Source: Calcarisporiella thermophila CBS 279.70 (Eukaryota > Fungi > Calcarisporiellomycota). Taken from it: 56,779 nucleotides of DNA. The notes under the pieces are model-generated. The model was not told where the DNA came from, ran no database searches, and worked only from the letters and a program-made list of their open reading frames with translations. Shown in pieces: positions 22,373 to 37,684 of the stretch. Numbering within the stretch: the stretch's first letter is position 1; every line of letters begins with the position of its first letter. Where the stretch lies: the NCBI RefSeq assembly GCF_041956535.1, contig NW_027192219.1, positions 235,085 to 291,863 of the forward strand, given 5' to 3'. Position numbers and translations under genes: made by a program.

Positions 22373-23397
22373 ATGTAAGTACGCTATTGTCGAAAGGGTT
22401 TTTAAGATCGGCTATTTCACTCCCTTTTTGAATAATATGACAGGCGTTCACGCTCTAGATCTCGTTCACGCTCTTTGTCGCGTTCCCGATCACCCTCCCG
22501 ATCACCTAGCCCTCCGCCGCGTCGCCACAGTTCACTGAGCACAAAAATCGAAATTTCCAGGCTCACGAGGAATGTCAGCCGCGCTCACCTCGAGGAAATT
22601 TTTGGAAAATATGGCAAAATCAAGGAAATCGATTTGCCTTTTAACAGAACTTGTAAGAAATTGGGCTTTCACTTACTATTTTTTTTGGATAATCCATGAC
22701 GGACGCATATTGATGTGTTTTGATTGCATAGTTAACACGCATGTTGGCACGGCATTTGTTATATTTGAAAAGCGGGAGGATGCGGAAGAAGCAATTTGCT
22801 ACATGAACGAGGGACAAATAGACGGAAATGTGATTGCATGTCGCTTTATAGAGGCCGCTCCCCCATCGCCTCCACCAGCCCGAAACCGTGCTCGATCTCG
22901 CTCCCTTTCTCGATCGCCACCCCGTCCTCGTGGGGGTAAACTTTGATTGTTCAATATTGTTAATCTAGTTAGGAGATAATAATGCTTGATTATTAGGATA
23001 TCGGTATTCCCCACCTCACCGCTCGCGCTTCAACTATCGGGACAGCTACGTTCCTGCTCGACGTCGCTCTAGGTCCCGCTCGCGGTCTCGCACCCCGCCT
23101 CGGAGATATCGACCCCCTCCTCGTAGGAGTCCCAGTCGGTCTCCTGTTGGGCATAGGCGAGGTGCAAGGAAAAGGTCACTCACCCCCTCAAGCAGGAGTA
23201 GGTCCAGAAGTAGAAGTGTGGACAGAGGTAGGGGTAGAGGTCGCAGCTGGAGTAAGAGCAGGAGCAGGTCCAGGAGCAGTAGCTGGGATAGAAGCAGGAG
23301 CCGAAGCAGTAGCAGAGGAGCAAAAAGACGATACTCTTCAGGCTCAAGGAGTCGCTCTCGCTCACCTGTTAGGAGCCGATCTCGAGACCATCGTTAA
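22373..23397 (+). CDS. RNPS1: RNPS1/SR45-like RRM protein with RS domains, 4 exons
   Basis: KIEISRLTRNVSRAHLEEIFGKYGKIKEIDL...MNEGQIDGN, flanked by RS repeats. The start codon is assembled across intron 1. Confidence 0.85.
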
Positions 23398-24095
23398 GAC
23401 CCGCAGAATGAACAATTTTGACTCTACGCAGAACTCAAAATAGGAATGGTTGTATAGGGGGTGTCTTTTCTTATGTTTAGCTTGGTTTCTTAACAACATT
23501 AGTATCGGTTTGTTACTCGGCTTTGGAATAATAAAATCCTTTTTTTTTTAAATCATGCTCCCTCTAAATAATTAGAAAAGGCAAAAATTAAATGAAAATA
23601 GAAATCATTTAACTTGATACTAACCTAATGCGCATTTGGAATAGCACCTCTATCATTTCCTTGTGTATGCAAGGCTGAATTCGTTAATTGGAACCGTTAT
23701 TATTTCCCAATATTTTGTTCCAGGAATATCGATCCCGTAAAAACAGATCCATATGCTACAATAATACAGCCTCAGCCTAAATAAGGTTGGGGGCAATATT
23801 CCAGAATTCGGTACATGAGATGCCTATTCTAAAGCACTATCCAGTATCACTACAAGACAAGTGGATGAATTTAATGTACGTCTTCATTTTAATGAAGAAC
23901 ACGGGCTTCCAAGCTTGAATAAAACAAAATAATACCCTCTAGAAAAAGAAAAAAGAAAAATGGAACATTTCACAAAGACAAAATAGAGTATGTTAATATA
24001 GCGGACTAAGAAGAACGAGGAAATAAAGAGGAAAAAAAAAAAGAGTATAACGAGAATGAAACATGATATAAAAACAATACAACCTATAAAATAGA

Positions 24096-26738
24096 CTATT
24101 CCCTAAATTGTCCAAGAGTTTCGCGCGCATATTTAAGTCTCCGTATTAGCTCGCCCTCTAGCTCCTCACGCCTAACCCGATCCAGTCGGTATTTTCTGAG
24201 ATTTCTTTCTTTATCGATGTAATATATGGAGCTAGCATCGTCAATGAGAATAAGTTTAGTATGGTCGAAGAAATTAATCTAGATAAAAAAGAGTTTTAAA
24301 CGTGAGGTGGATGCTCTTTCTCTTCCAAATGTGTTTTCTCTTTGCTCCAATTCTCTATCTACCTGTACCACCCTGTTACTTAGTCGAAACACCACTGCAT
24401 GCTTCACCCTCTTCCACCGCACCAAACACACTAGTTCAGTTCGCTTTTCCAAATCTACATGCGTCCAGGGTGCTTTGGACAGATTTTCTGCCATATAGTC
24501 TCGGAAATGTTTCAGGAGATATACCTTCTTCTGAAGTTCGGGTGGATAGTGGTCGAGAGTGTGCGGCATACGATCTTTGATGGTGGAGCGGCTCTGCTGA
24601 ATATATTCTAGATGATGCTCATCGGGGGCTAGAGCAATACTTGTTAGGTCATTGAATAAAACTCCTGTCGAGCCGTCCGTGAGAGTGTAGCCGAGCCCAT
24701 ATTTATTTGTGTAGTCAATCCACTTGGCCATAAATACAGAAGACAATCCTCCTTCCGAAGCAGAAAGCCCTGAAGAGGTGGAGCTTGTGGAGGAGGTGGA
24801 GGAAGAGGAGGAGGAGGAGAGGGGGCGGAAATAGTGGCCGTTTAAGAATCTGTCCAAAGTCTCATACATATTTTCACATACACCAGAAGTGGCTTTTATG
24901 GTGTGTTTTCGATCCAAAAGAGCCTCCTTATTGACGGTCTCTTCCCTTTGCTTGCGATCAGAGAGCTTCATATCTATGAATACAGCCAAATTAGAGGCGC
25001 TCTTGGGGATAAGTAAAACTCTAGTCGGACTCATACCAGTTATTCCCGCAGTTAATTTTGCCATAGCATTGCTCTGCGCATGCTCTTTTGCCGAGGTTGT
25101 TGTGGAAGAGGACAATGAACTTGTTCCTGAATCCTTTCTAATTAATTCTGGCACCTCTTTTTCTTCTATAACAATATATTATAATCAGCTAACACACAAG
25201 AATCATCCTTAAACTAGTAGACGCATTACTCTTTCCACCCGCCTGCATGTTTTCCATTCCGCGTCGTTCCATCATTGGTAACCGCTCCTCTCTCTCGCGC
25301 TCACCTTTCTTTTCCCTAGGCCGCAATGATCTCATCATTGGTGGCGGTGGGGGTGAAAAGTTTGGTTCCAAATGCAAAGCAGTCGCGGGAATAGAGGTTG
25401 GCGTGTGCCCGACCGTAAAGAAAGGATGCTTTTCAATTTCCTCTATAGACGGGCGAATGTCTGTGCAACAAAATATGATGTCGTGACCATTACTAAGAAG
25501 TTCAGTAGTGTTGGCACCAAAGTAAACTTTACCAGGATTTGCATTTAGTATCCATCTAATGAGATCTCGGGCCTCATTAGTGATTGGGGTAGATGCTGGG
25601 AACTCGTAACTCACATCTCTAATCTTCCTATTCTCGACCAACATTGTGTTAGCGGAGCCCCTAATAGAGAACGCACACATATCCTCTCTTACTTGTATAT
25701 GTTTTTCACATCTTTTGTCTGGAATGGTGGTTTCCCGATCAGCATGGTATATCTGTTGAAAGCAACTCTTCAGCTTGCTATTTGTCCGAACGAAGTAAAG
25801 GATTCAACTCACAGGATAACTCCGATTGACCAGACATCCACCTCGTAGCTGTGCCCCCCCTCCTTTCCAAATAACACTTCTGGCGCAATATAGTTCGGCG
25901 TCCCACAGATGGTCATTTTTCTTTCCTCGTCGCTCATGAGCATGGCAGCCAACCCAAAGTCGCCGATCTTGACACTCATATCTGCAGCAAGAAAGAGATT
26001 GGCAAGTTTGAGGTCACGGTGGATGACACGGTGGTGATGCATGTAGCCACAGGCACCAAGGATTTGGAGAAGATAGTAGCGTGCCTCAGGTTCGGTAAGC
26101 CGCCCACGCTTCTTTAGCATTTGAAATAACGTCTGGGATATGGGCACATTTGTTAGAAAGCATGCGAGAAAATGAAAGGAAACCGAGGCACAACCACTAC
26201 GGGGATACTAACCTTATTCTCACACAACTCCATGAGTATATATATATTTACATTGTCTTCAAAACAGCGCAGGAATTTGACGATATTACGATGTGACATG
26301 CTCTGGTGAATTTTAATCTCCGTGAACAGCTGTGAAAGAGAATGTGGTGAGACAAAAGGTCCAAAATATGAAGCCATTTCCGACATTACCTTGCTTCTAT
26401 TCTTTTGTGCACGTAATGTTGACTTGGGTACCACCTTGGCAGCCAGCCTGTTTCCCTTGGGATCTATGACTTCATAGACACGTGCGAAACCCCCCTATTT
26501 ACATTGCACTTGGAATGTCAACAAAATTTTAAATTAAATGATAAGCAGAGCTTGCTACCTCCCCAAGCAGCTCACATCGTGTATATTCCATGTTGCCCTT
26601 CACATCGCGGATTAGGTCTGGAGGAGAGGGTGCACTAGGACGCGCCTTTGATTTGGGAGTTTTATTGAGGGACTGCGGATCGCGAGTGGGGTGCCTCAGA
26701 GCGTCAAGACGCTGAAGGGCAGGCGGCGTGGGTATCAT
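24096..26738 (-). CDS. CDC5: Polo-like kinase (Cdc5/Plo1), multi-exon
   Basis: Kinase motifs [16 protein letters not shown] and [14 protein letters not shown]; polo boxes [19 protein letters not shown] and FRLSNRVVQ|INFFDHTKL. Confidence 0.95.
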
Positions 26739-27289
26739 GTTCTTTCTCGTTAGATAATAAATGGTGGAGAATTCAGAGGGTACAGGAAAAATGGCGATCC
26801 AATTGCCGGTTGATTGCTGCAGTGAAAAGAAAGAAAACGCGCAAATTGCAACGGAACGCGAAACTAGGCGATCTAAATACGGACGCGCGATGCCCAATCA
26901 AATAGAATGTAGGAAATTTCTTATTTAGCTGGCGGATATGCTTCCTATGCAAATAATAAATGCAGTTTGAAAATTTTGTATTTGAATTAAAAAGAATATT
27001 AAAAACCCATATAACAATGAGCTGTTGAATAACCGCTCCTATCCATGATCATCCCAAAACTACATAAGCAATTATTCCAATCCCATATTTTTACTCTGAC
27101 ATTTCAGCATTGTTCGATTCATTTTAATAAAAATAGGGGTTCAATGAATATAAAAACTTGGAAATTAAATGCTAGCTTGAGCAGATGCATACAAAAGTAA
27201 AATGAAAATATAACAGAAAATTTTGCTCCCGTTAATGAAAACGAGAAAAGATGCAGTTGAAGAAATAAAAGGTGTTTACCCTCTATCCT

Positions 27290-28485
27290 TCATTCATGAA
27301 TACTTTTTCCATGCATGAACTCCCACACGATTGCACCAACAAGCAACCCGACACGATCCTCCACTAATCTCATATCAATCAGCCCATATGGGCTGGAGGC
27401 ATCTCTTGTCTTTTTTCCTCCGGTCGCAACGTTGTAGTCCAGGATTCCTTGCCACACGCCTTCCCACACCGGCTCGTGTGCTCGGTGGACCAGTATTCTT
27501 GTGTTCCATTTCTCTGTTCGCGAATTTTCCTCTTTCACGTCTGCAACGCACCGTGGTGAGCGTGGTAATTCAGTGGGTGTAGGTGGCCTTACTGTTTGCT
27601 GCTGTGGCTGTTCTTCAGGAGACGTAGGTATATTGGAGCGTAGGGTGCGAATTTCTTCACGAAGTTTGGAGTTCTCCTCTAACGCTTCCTCGAGAGAGGT
27701 TCGTAGAGAATCTGCCTCTTCTTTATATTTTTGAATTTGATCCTCTAGCGACATGATGTATTCTAGTCACATAGATAGAGCATATGCTGAGATTAGCATT
27801 TGCAATTAATGCTTATATCGCTTGAAAACCTACCTTTTCTCCTCACCCGGAAATTCCTTGCCGAAATCTTGTTCCTTAGCTGTCGTTTTTCTTTTGAAGA
27901 CATTTGTTTAATCTCATCGGGGGTTGGCATATCGTCGTATACCAGCTTCGTTTTCGCTGTACCCTCGCTCTTTATTGCGTCTTTACCAGTGGATGCTGAA
28001 GGGGTTGATGAGGTACTTGACGGTGAACTTTGTGTGGATTTCGACGATTTTTTCGTACCAGAAGTGGCAGACTTTAGTGAATTATTGCTATTGTTGTTGC
28101 CTTGCTTCACGAGCACGTTCGCAATGCGTTCATCAACCATTTTCAAAAACGAAGACATGTCGCTCATTTTTTCACATTTCACCACACTCTCCTCTTCATT
28201 CTCCTGCTTTTCAATGTCCTCATTTGAAGAAGCATGCAAGGCCGCCGGCGCTATTGTCATAGCGGGGAGTTCAATAGATGTGAGGGGTGGGAGAAGGTCT
28301 GAGGGAATTGCAAGGCAAGAGTCATTTTCCTCTGCTTTCACGTCTAAATTATCGGTGGTGTCTGTGGCAAGATAAGTGGGGAAGAGTGTGGAGACCGAGT
28401 CTGAATCGCCAGGGTCTGCATCCATGAATGAATCGTCTTGCGAGGTATCAAAATTAATAAAAGAGTTCACGTATTCGTGATCCAT
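27290..28485 (-). CDS. bZIP transcription factor, 2 exons
   Basis: Basic region SKEKRQLRNKISARNFRVRRK|EYIMSLE followed by a leucine heptad coil. Confidence 0.9.
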
Positions 28486-29727
28486 TTCTTCGAGGAGTGG
28501 CTTTTCTTTGCAAACGTGTTGAGGTGGTGAGGCGGGTTCAAGGGGAAATGGGTTCCGAAAAAAAATGACAAAGAGAAAGAAATGAAAAATAAAATGCCCA
28601 AAGGGTAAGGTAAGAACAGGGGAGATTTATATATTTATTTTGTGCAAAAATGTTCGCAATGAAGACCAAGAAGTCTAATTTTGTGCGAAACAACTGGCTA
28701 CAAATCGTAGGCGAATTGAAGAGAGAGCCTATCTGAGAACGCCCTCCCTCTTTCCCTGTTTTTTTCTAAATAAATATTCGATTGATTCCGCAACGGAAAT
28801 CTAGATAGCAACGAGGCTGGCTCTGCTTTCCTTCATCTCTATGGTCTTTATTTCAACAAGAGCAATAACAATAGAACCACGTAGAGCGCGGGGCTATCCA
28901 CTCAACTACATATCTTTCCCTGCGATAGCCTTGTAGATACCCGACCCACAAATTTTAATATGCATATTTTCACCCATTGTATTCATTTGACCTGCTCTTG
29001 AAAAGCGACAAGTTTCGCACCTAGTTAAGGCTATCCCTTATTACAGGTTCCTGCTACCGGTTCAATAAGCGTGCAATATTTGGCTCCGTCCAAATTCGTA
29101 CCGGGGGGACTCGTGCTTTTCAAAATTCTCGAGCCTCTATTATTATTAATCTATGGTGACGAGGGTGAAAACTAGAGAAATCTGAGGAATTCCACGATAG
29201 TTAGGTGTGAGATTTAGCTCGATAGGTGCTTATCAATCCATGTTTGTGCTTTTCTCCGAAATTCTTAAACTGCAAGGCCATGAATGGCATCTGTATCTCA
29301 ATGCCTCTCCAAAATGTCTGGATCGGCACTAAGGGCAATCTTCAGCCTCCTCTAAAGTACTAGTAATGCCAATCTTAGCAGAAATAATATATTATAGGAT
29401 CCTGGAAAATTTGAGAGATCTAGAGATCCGAAAACTAAATGCAAACGCGATATACACATATTTTCACCAAGGCTTATTGCAGACGGCAATGGACAGAAAC
29501 GCATTAAGAATAAGCAGACTTCATAGATGCATATACTGATGCACTTTAAATAGTTTAAATAGATATTTGTTCTTCAGAAGTCTGCTTTCAGTGCCGGTAG
29601 AAACTGGCTTTCAAAAAAACAAAAATCTAAAATACTTCAAAAATAAACAAACAACTCGATCGCAAGGTGAAATACCGCAATCGTGATGAGCATGAAATGG
29701 AGAAAACAACTCTCTAAGAATAAAAGG

Positions 29728-31375
29728 CTAAATTTTGGAGGGAAAGGCAGTAACATGGTTTTCCACCCAAGCCTTCATCAAATTGTGCGCAATTGCGAAT
29801 TTAGGCGGCACCGATAGGCTCGAGCTGCTATTCGATAGTGCTTCTGCTACGTCTTTTCGAGGGAACCACTTAGCATCTAGAAGTACCACACATGAATAGG
29901 TGTGAGATAATTTTTATTAAACTGTGCCACTTTTCTAATCAAAATATTACCCTCTAGCTCATTGTCGTCAAGCGAGATATTCTCCGTGATTGCCTGTGCA
30001 ACGAATCCAAGCATCAAAGAGTTTGGGAACGGCCACGGCTGACTCGAATGATATATGACCGTTCCAATGGTGACGCCGGCTTCTTCTTTGGCCTCGCGGC
30101 GAACGGCTTCTTCCGCACTCTCACCTGGTTCGATAAATCCTGCTAGACAGGAATAAGTGTTGCCAGGGAAGGAGCGCTTGCGCCCGAGGAGACAACGCTC
30201 CCCATCGGCTGAAACAATACAAACGATCACCACCGGATCTAGTTACGTATTGTCGCGTGAGCACGCTAGTATATCGTGACCTCATACTCTAGAAAATTCT
30301 ATTGTGAATTACCTGTCCTTGGATATGTATAGTTTTGAACCCCTTTCGCTGATCTGCAAGGAGGATTCTCGCTCTTCCCCTCACATATTCGCTTCCAGCC
30401 CGCCTCCCCGGGGTGCGTCTTTCGTCCACATGCGGGACAGTGAGGATTCCTATGATTCCAGTCAAGCATTGCTGCTGCCTCGGAAACTATGCCTGCCTCT
30501 TCTTGAGGGAGAAAGAATGTCGCGGGTTGAGGGCTCTCGAAATCAAATCCTCTCGATTCGATCACCTCTTTGCGAAAGGCTTCAAAAGAGTCGTTAATTT
30601 GACTAGAGGTGAAAGAGCGAGAATCGACAGCCCAAAAGAAAAGTCCGTCAGACTCCCGCACTCCTAGGAAGACTAGGAGAAATTCCTCTTCGCATGATGC
30701 TGCCTTCACTGGGTCCTGTGGGTCATCTAGAGGATTGCCAAGCAACTGCTGAATATCACTGTAGTTAAGCAAAGCGAGCTGGGACGAGGAATTCAATAAT
30801 ATACTCCGCGATGAAAACAAAATAAAGCGAGAGGAAGGTGAAATAAGTGCGTTGCAAAGGAATTCGGGATCAGTACGTTTTGCACTCATTCTTTAGTGAA
30901 GTAATGTCAAATTTTAACCAGTCTGTTCTAAAATTACCGAATATTTTTCCTACAAGAGTCGTAGTTGAATTACCTGTTCAAGGGGTTTCCAGCGAAGTAA
31001 TTGGTAGTCTCTCTTTGTTGAATCTCAATGCTAGCTGGCTTTATCTCTGTGGAGATTGGTGCTTTCAATTCGAGGAGTGAAGCAGCTTCATTATGCCCCC
31101 AGAATGCCGAGAGCTGAGCTGCAGTTTTGCCCTCATTATTCCTTACACTGGAATCAGCCCCTAGATTAATTAGCGCCTCAATGACTGGTATCTGCCCATA
31201 TCTTGCGGCAAACATTAGCTAAAAATAACGAGAAGTTAGCTGAAAAAAGTCGTACGTAACTGTGTTCCAGATGCTTTACAGGAGTCCAGCCCTTCTCATT
31301 CTTTGCATTGATTTCATTGGTATGGGCTTGGATATATGAGATATCACCAGTAGCAGCTGCTTGAAATACATTCAT
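29728..31375 (-). CDS. NUDT12: NUDT12/Npy1-type NADH pyrophosphatase (deNADding enzyme) with N-terminal ankyrin repeats
   Basis: Ankyrin repeats (GWTP|LMFAARYG), zinc ribbon CPACG, YPRTDP, Nudix box GFIEPGESAEEAVRREAKEEAG, SQPWPFP. Ends in -SKI (PTS1-like). Confidence 0.93.
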
Positions 31376-31546
31376 GTTTAAAGCTAGGATTATCAAAGAA
31401 ATCGAATTTTGACACGTTGGCCACAATTATTATCAGGAGCATTTAGTTAGAAATCTGGTTTTCCAATTAGGAAAATCCGAATCAATTAATTATCCTAGAG
31501 ATCCTTTAGCACATGAAATTGTTCAAATGTCTCGGAACAACTAATT

Positions 31547-31581
31547 TAGAACCAACGTAGAACCAACGTAGAACCTACGTA
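31547..31581. repeat. 11-bp tandem repeat TAGAACCAACG x3
   Basis: Two exact units plus one unit with a single mismatch. Confidence 0.9.
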
Positions 31582-32060
31582 CGGGGAGGGTTGTCATTAG
31601 ACCTCGTACATCAACACGCAATAAGCAATAATATACTATGAATTTTCCGAATCGATATACGCCTTTAATGCCAAATAAATTGGTAACCAACCCGACCATC
31701 CAACTAACACATGAGAAGTAGTCCTCCAGGGTATCCTATGTGTTGGCGAGTTTATTCAATATGTGTATTTTACCACTTTAGTTTGGCTGTTCAATAAATA
31801 TTCATTGGCACGTTCAATGAAATGCAGAGCTAGTCTTTTTGAGAAGGTTTGGGTAATGGGTTTTTCTCTTTCAGGAGCAGAGTGATCTAGTATATCCAAA
31901 AAAAGAGTGGAGAAATAAAGATGAATGAAGTAGTGCAAAAAAGTCAAACACGAAATGGCTGGTAAATCAATGCAAAAATAGACCCGTTTAAATATAGGAA
32001 ATATAGAAATAAAAAACACATGGATCCCAGAGCAATTCAAGAGGTTGAAAAATTGCTATA

Positions 32061-33681
32061 TTATACAAAACGACAGCCGCCTCTCTGATGCTCTACCCTA
32101 CTGCTACCCTCATGTGACTGTGTGCTACTCGCCTCTGTAGCATGTATCTCCAACTGTTGGGTCAAACTCATCATATCTAGTACTACCGCATCATCCTGCA
32201 CATCCTCAGGCATCGTGGAGGCGCCCTGCGCTCGTCCTCGTTCTCTTTCTCTCGTTATTCGCAGTCGAGATAGCAATCTCTGTACTCTCGACGGTCGAGG
32301 ATGTACTGCGGATGGAGCTTCCAGTATGACCAAGGGCTTATTCAAGGATTCACCCGGTGGCAAACAATCAAGTTTACAAAGTGGGCACGTAGGAGATTTT
32401 GTTGTGAGCCAGGGGTCGATACACTCTGTGTGGAACTCGTGGTCGCAGGGAAGCTTTCTCAACATATCCCCCTCCACGTAATCTTCCAAACATACAGCAC
32501 ACATTTCAGCGTCTACTACTTCAAGCCCTTCCCCGTTTGGCGAGGCTGTTGTTTGAGCGGCCTTTTGGGAGCTAGTGGAGTTAGTGGAATTCACAGAGGC
32601 TCGTCGAGCTTCATACTGAACTGTGTTAAGTGAAGCGGTGGCCTTATGGAAAGAGCGGGTCGGGAACGTGTCAAGGTGCGCTGGGTCAACATTGGGCTTA
32701 ACGCTTGGCTGGCTATTGAGCATAAATAGCTCCATGCGTTGCTGACGTCGACGCATGCGATAAAAATGACATTGCATAGCGACTATTTAAAAAAAAAATT
32801 AGAGTTGATTGTAGGCATATATATATATAATTAAGGTGATTACCTGAAGTGCTGAATGAAATACAGAGTAATGCGATGATGATGATTAGGGTCAGTTCCC
32901 AGATGCCCGGATAGTATTGCATGAACGGTAATAAAATAATTCGTACCCTCCGTGTTCCCAATAGAGCATTTCCTACTTCTCGGTTCCCAACTTCGTCCGT
33001 GAAATTTCCACTATACATTCGCAGGAGAGCCCGTAGCTTCTGCCCTACCGTTAAATCGACATAGAATGCCGGTAGATCCGATACCTGGCTCTCGCTGCCC
33101 CCAGAGATCGTGGTGTAGCCCTGGGGCGATTCTGCACCATACACAATAACTCCTTCTGCTCCGTCCTGTTTGGCAAACAAGAGTTTTTGCTCATATGTAC
33201 AGTTTCCCTCGCGAGCAATGAGAGCAATACGTGGTGTTCCAGCAGGAAGCGGTGCGCTCGGAATAGCATCAAATGAAGCATTGAATTGACATCCTGAGCC
33301 TCTGTCATATAAGATGCCCTGCACACCCATGCGATCTGGAGAGTTGATGAGATATGGTGTGTCAGTTACCCCGTCCGTGAACTCATATTTTGGGCTTGTG
33401 TCATCTATAGTGTCGAGTGAGGTAGAATTTGGGAAAAGTACGATAACATCTAGTGAGTTAAAGTAGTTAATATTAACAATCCTATTAATACGAAAAGCAA
33501 AAATATTCCAACCTTGTCGGATAAGGGGCCCGCTTCCCCCATAACTCCTCAGATGGCCAAGGGTAAAGAAAAAGAGACAGAAAACAACTAGACATGGTAG
33601 AGCCGTTAGAAAAGCTATCCGTGCCACGCGGGGCATACGGCGATAGCATCTTGGCATGGAGATGGTGGGAATGGATGGCAT
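32061..33681 (-). CDS. PA-TM-RING-H2 E3 ubiquitin ligase (RNF13/GRAIL/RMR type)
   Basis: PA domain IALIAREGNCTYEQK..AKQDGAEGVIVY, a TM helix, and RING-H2 CAVCLEDY..LPCDHEFHTECIDPWL...CPLCK. Confidence 0.92.
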
Positions 33682-34160
33682 TTTAATTAACCATTACTAT
33701 AGTCTTAACAGTACTCAATAGAAGGAGGTAAGGGGGGGGGAGATTATAGTTTGAGAGAATAGGAAAAGAATGAAATCGTTAAAAGTTATGGTAGAGAAGT
33801 AAAGTAAAAGAGAGATAGAGAAGGAGCGAGATAAGGTCAGAATAAGCCCGGGAATGATTACTCTCCGTTGCGATTACACCTTTGTGGGTATAATACTCTA
33901 ACGAAATAAAGGGGAGTTAAAAATGGAGCGAAAAAAGAACGGAGCTTTATGGTCGGGTACAGACAAATGAGCTGGGTTGTGTGTGACTGTGACATCCGAT
34001 CTAATTTTCTAAAATTTATTCTGAAACAGATCGTAAAATTGCACTAAAATATAAAAGTATAAGAAAAAAAAAATTTGCACGATGAAATTTCCATATATAT
34101 ATTGAATTTTTTCCTCTATACAGGAGGAAAAGAGTGAAAACAAATTCTTTCCCCTTAAAT

Positions 34161-35586
<1,426 letters not shown>

Positions 35587-36136
35587 ATTTAAATTGAGAA
35601 AGAGACACGTTAATGTGAAAATATACTAAATATGCTAATAAGAGCCAGAGGTCAATATCCTCTTTTCAAGGGAATTCGAGGCAAAAATAAAAAGAAAAAT
35701 AATGTTTACAAGCCACATTGTGCCATATTTTTAGAATATTGAATAGAAAGTTCAGCTATTAAAATGTATATGGTGGTTCAACAAGAACACTAAAAAGAAG
35801 AGTCATAGACACTGTATGCTATGCATCCTTGTAAAATAATTGTTGACTTGTTCAACAAATAAGAAAACTTGCTCTAAATGATACTACAATTATTATATTT
35901 AAAATAAACTGGATAAACAAGAGTATGTACTTGTACTTTTGAACACAAAAAGAAATAATAATAGAAAAAGATAATAAACAGAAAAAGATTAATTACATTA
36001 TATTGAAGTACTCGAAAGCACTTGAGTAATTCTAAGGCTTTGTTATTTCTATGAGAATATAGCTGAATTCTATAGTAAATATAAATATAATTAACATTAA
36101 ATTTTATACGTTTTTCCCATGAAATGACTTGCCAAT

Positions 36137-36337
36137 TTAGACATGATTATCCTGATGATTGAAAAAGATACGATTCTCCGGTTTCCCAAATCGCACTTTA
36201 TATTCTTTATCGGATTTTACAGCATTTTCTTTTACATCATTCCGCTGAAGCTCGCCTGTAAATATTCCACGGTAGTCGTAGGCAACTACGATTGCTGCCA
36301 ATGCTGACAGTAAAATTGAAAAGGCAATGAAGCGCAT
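36137..36337 (-). CDS. small secreted protein (66 aa)
   Basis: Classic signal peptide MRFIAFSILLSALAAIVVA, favourable AACATG context, hydrophilic mature part. Confidence 0.55.
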   Translation of the reverse strand: MRFIAFSILLSALAAIVVAYDYRGIFTGELQRNDVKENAVKSDKEYKVRFGKPENRIFFNHQDNHV

Positions 36338-37677
36338 GTTGATTTTTTAGGACAATGAGTGACAGAAATTAAAGGAGAAAAAATCCGGCAATAAAGAAGG
36401 GTTCGCCAGAGTAAGATATTCTATTTCATTATCCGACGCGTTTCAAAAAGTCTCCATTAAATGCTAATAATCTCCGAAAATATTGGATACTTTAGTACAG
36501 TATTATATCCACCCAGAGGTTAATTAACTTGTAATAAAGTTGGAAATAGTGCTAAAGAACCAACCTATGATTTGAATAAATGCAGAAATTTCTGTCACTA
36601 TCAGAAACTGGTCATAAAAGACTTGGATGAAAAGCAATGATATTAGAAAAAGCTTTGTTCTGTCTGTTGAGTCCTGCGTAATGTCGACGAGATTTTTGAA
36701 AATCCATATAAAAATTTCCAAGTTCAGAGAACAAAGCATACGCACATTTCATCCATGTGAGATCTTCTCTCAATTGAGTATATGACTATTCTTTTGCGTG
36801 GCATTTTCTCTGTTATTTTTACTAATTCCTGGCTCAACTAACCTTATATCTCAGAGAGGCTCTACTAACTCAATAAAACCGATTCTCGCCAATACATGTA
36901 TCATATTATTTTAAGTAGCCATATCGGTTCCGACGATTCCCCTTGAAACATGAAAATAAATATCTTATTTATTTTTTTCTTAATCAAACGCGTAAATTCA
37001 GCTAAGATAAAAATATAATGAGCATTCTCATTAGTATACATAACAATCACTTTACTCTCTTACCACTTAGCACTATTATATTGGTGTCCCCTAAGCTCAA
37101 CCAAAGCATCTACTCAAAAAAATCCGTTTGGAATGGGTATATAAACAGATCCATCTTTTAAAATCTCCCGAGCCGAACTCATCAAACAAAGTAATGCTAA
37201 CTATCAAATCGACAAAATCAATATGACCCACTATCTCTCCTTGAAACTGATAATGAGAGATCCTGGAATGCTATTGGTTTTCATCGATCACTGGCAACCG
37301 ATTCTCTACAAATAATAATAACAAGCTGCAACGAAAGAAACAAGCTAAACTTCTACGTTATCAAGGCAAGAATTGACAATTTTTGGAGCTCACCAATATT
37401 CTCAATCTCGTGTACTGTAAAAAAAAAATATCAAAACTATTTGATATATTCACATTTGCGCTAAATTCCAAACGATTGCAAATGCTTTTTTTTTTTAGGA
37501 TTACGTGTACTTTGTTCAAAATGGTTATACCAGTTCTATACCGAGAATCATAAATTTATGCCGCGTGCCTTTGATTTAACTTTTACTTAAAGGTGTTTCA
37601 ACCATATTAGATAGCACTGTTTACGTGCCACACTACAAGAGCTACTATTTTCAAAAATTTTGTACCACATCTCGAAT

Positions 37678-37684
37678 TGACTCA
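37678..37684 (+). promoter_or_regulatory. AP-1/Gcn4-type bZIP site upstream of GST
   Basis: TGACTCA about 240 bp upstream of the ATG; TATATAAA near 37847. Confidence 0.35.

Noticed and set aside
23060-23395. Repetitive AG-rich tract and overlapping ORFs
   Set aside because: Explained by the RS-domain codons of the RNPS1-like gene; not a CRISPR array or satellite.
27800-28375. 191-aa + strand ORF and many similar antisense ORFs
   Set aside because: Shadows of real genes on the opposite strand, with no independent motifs.
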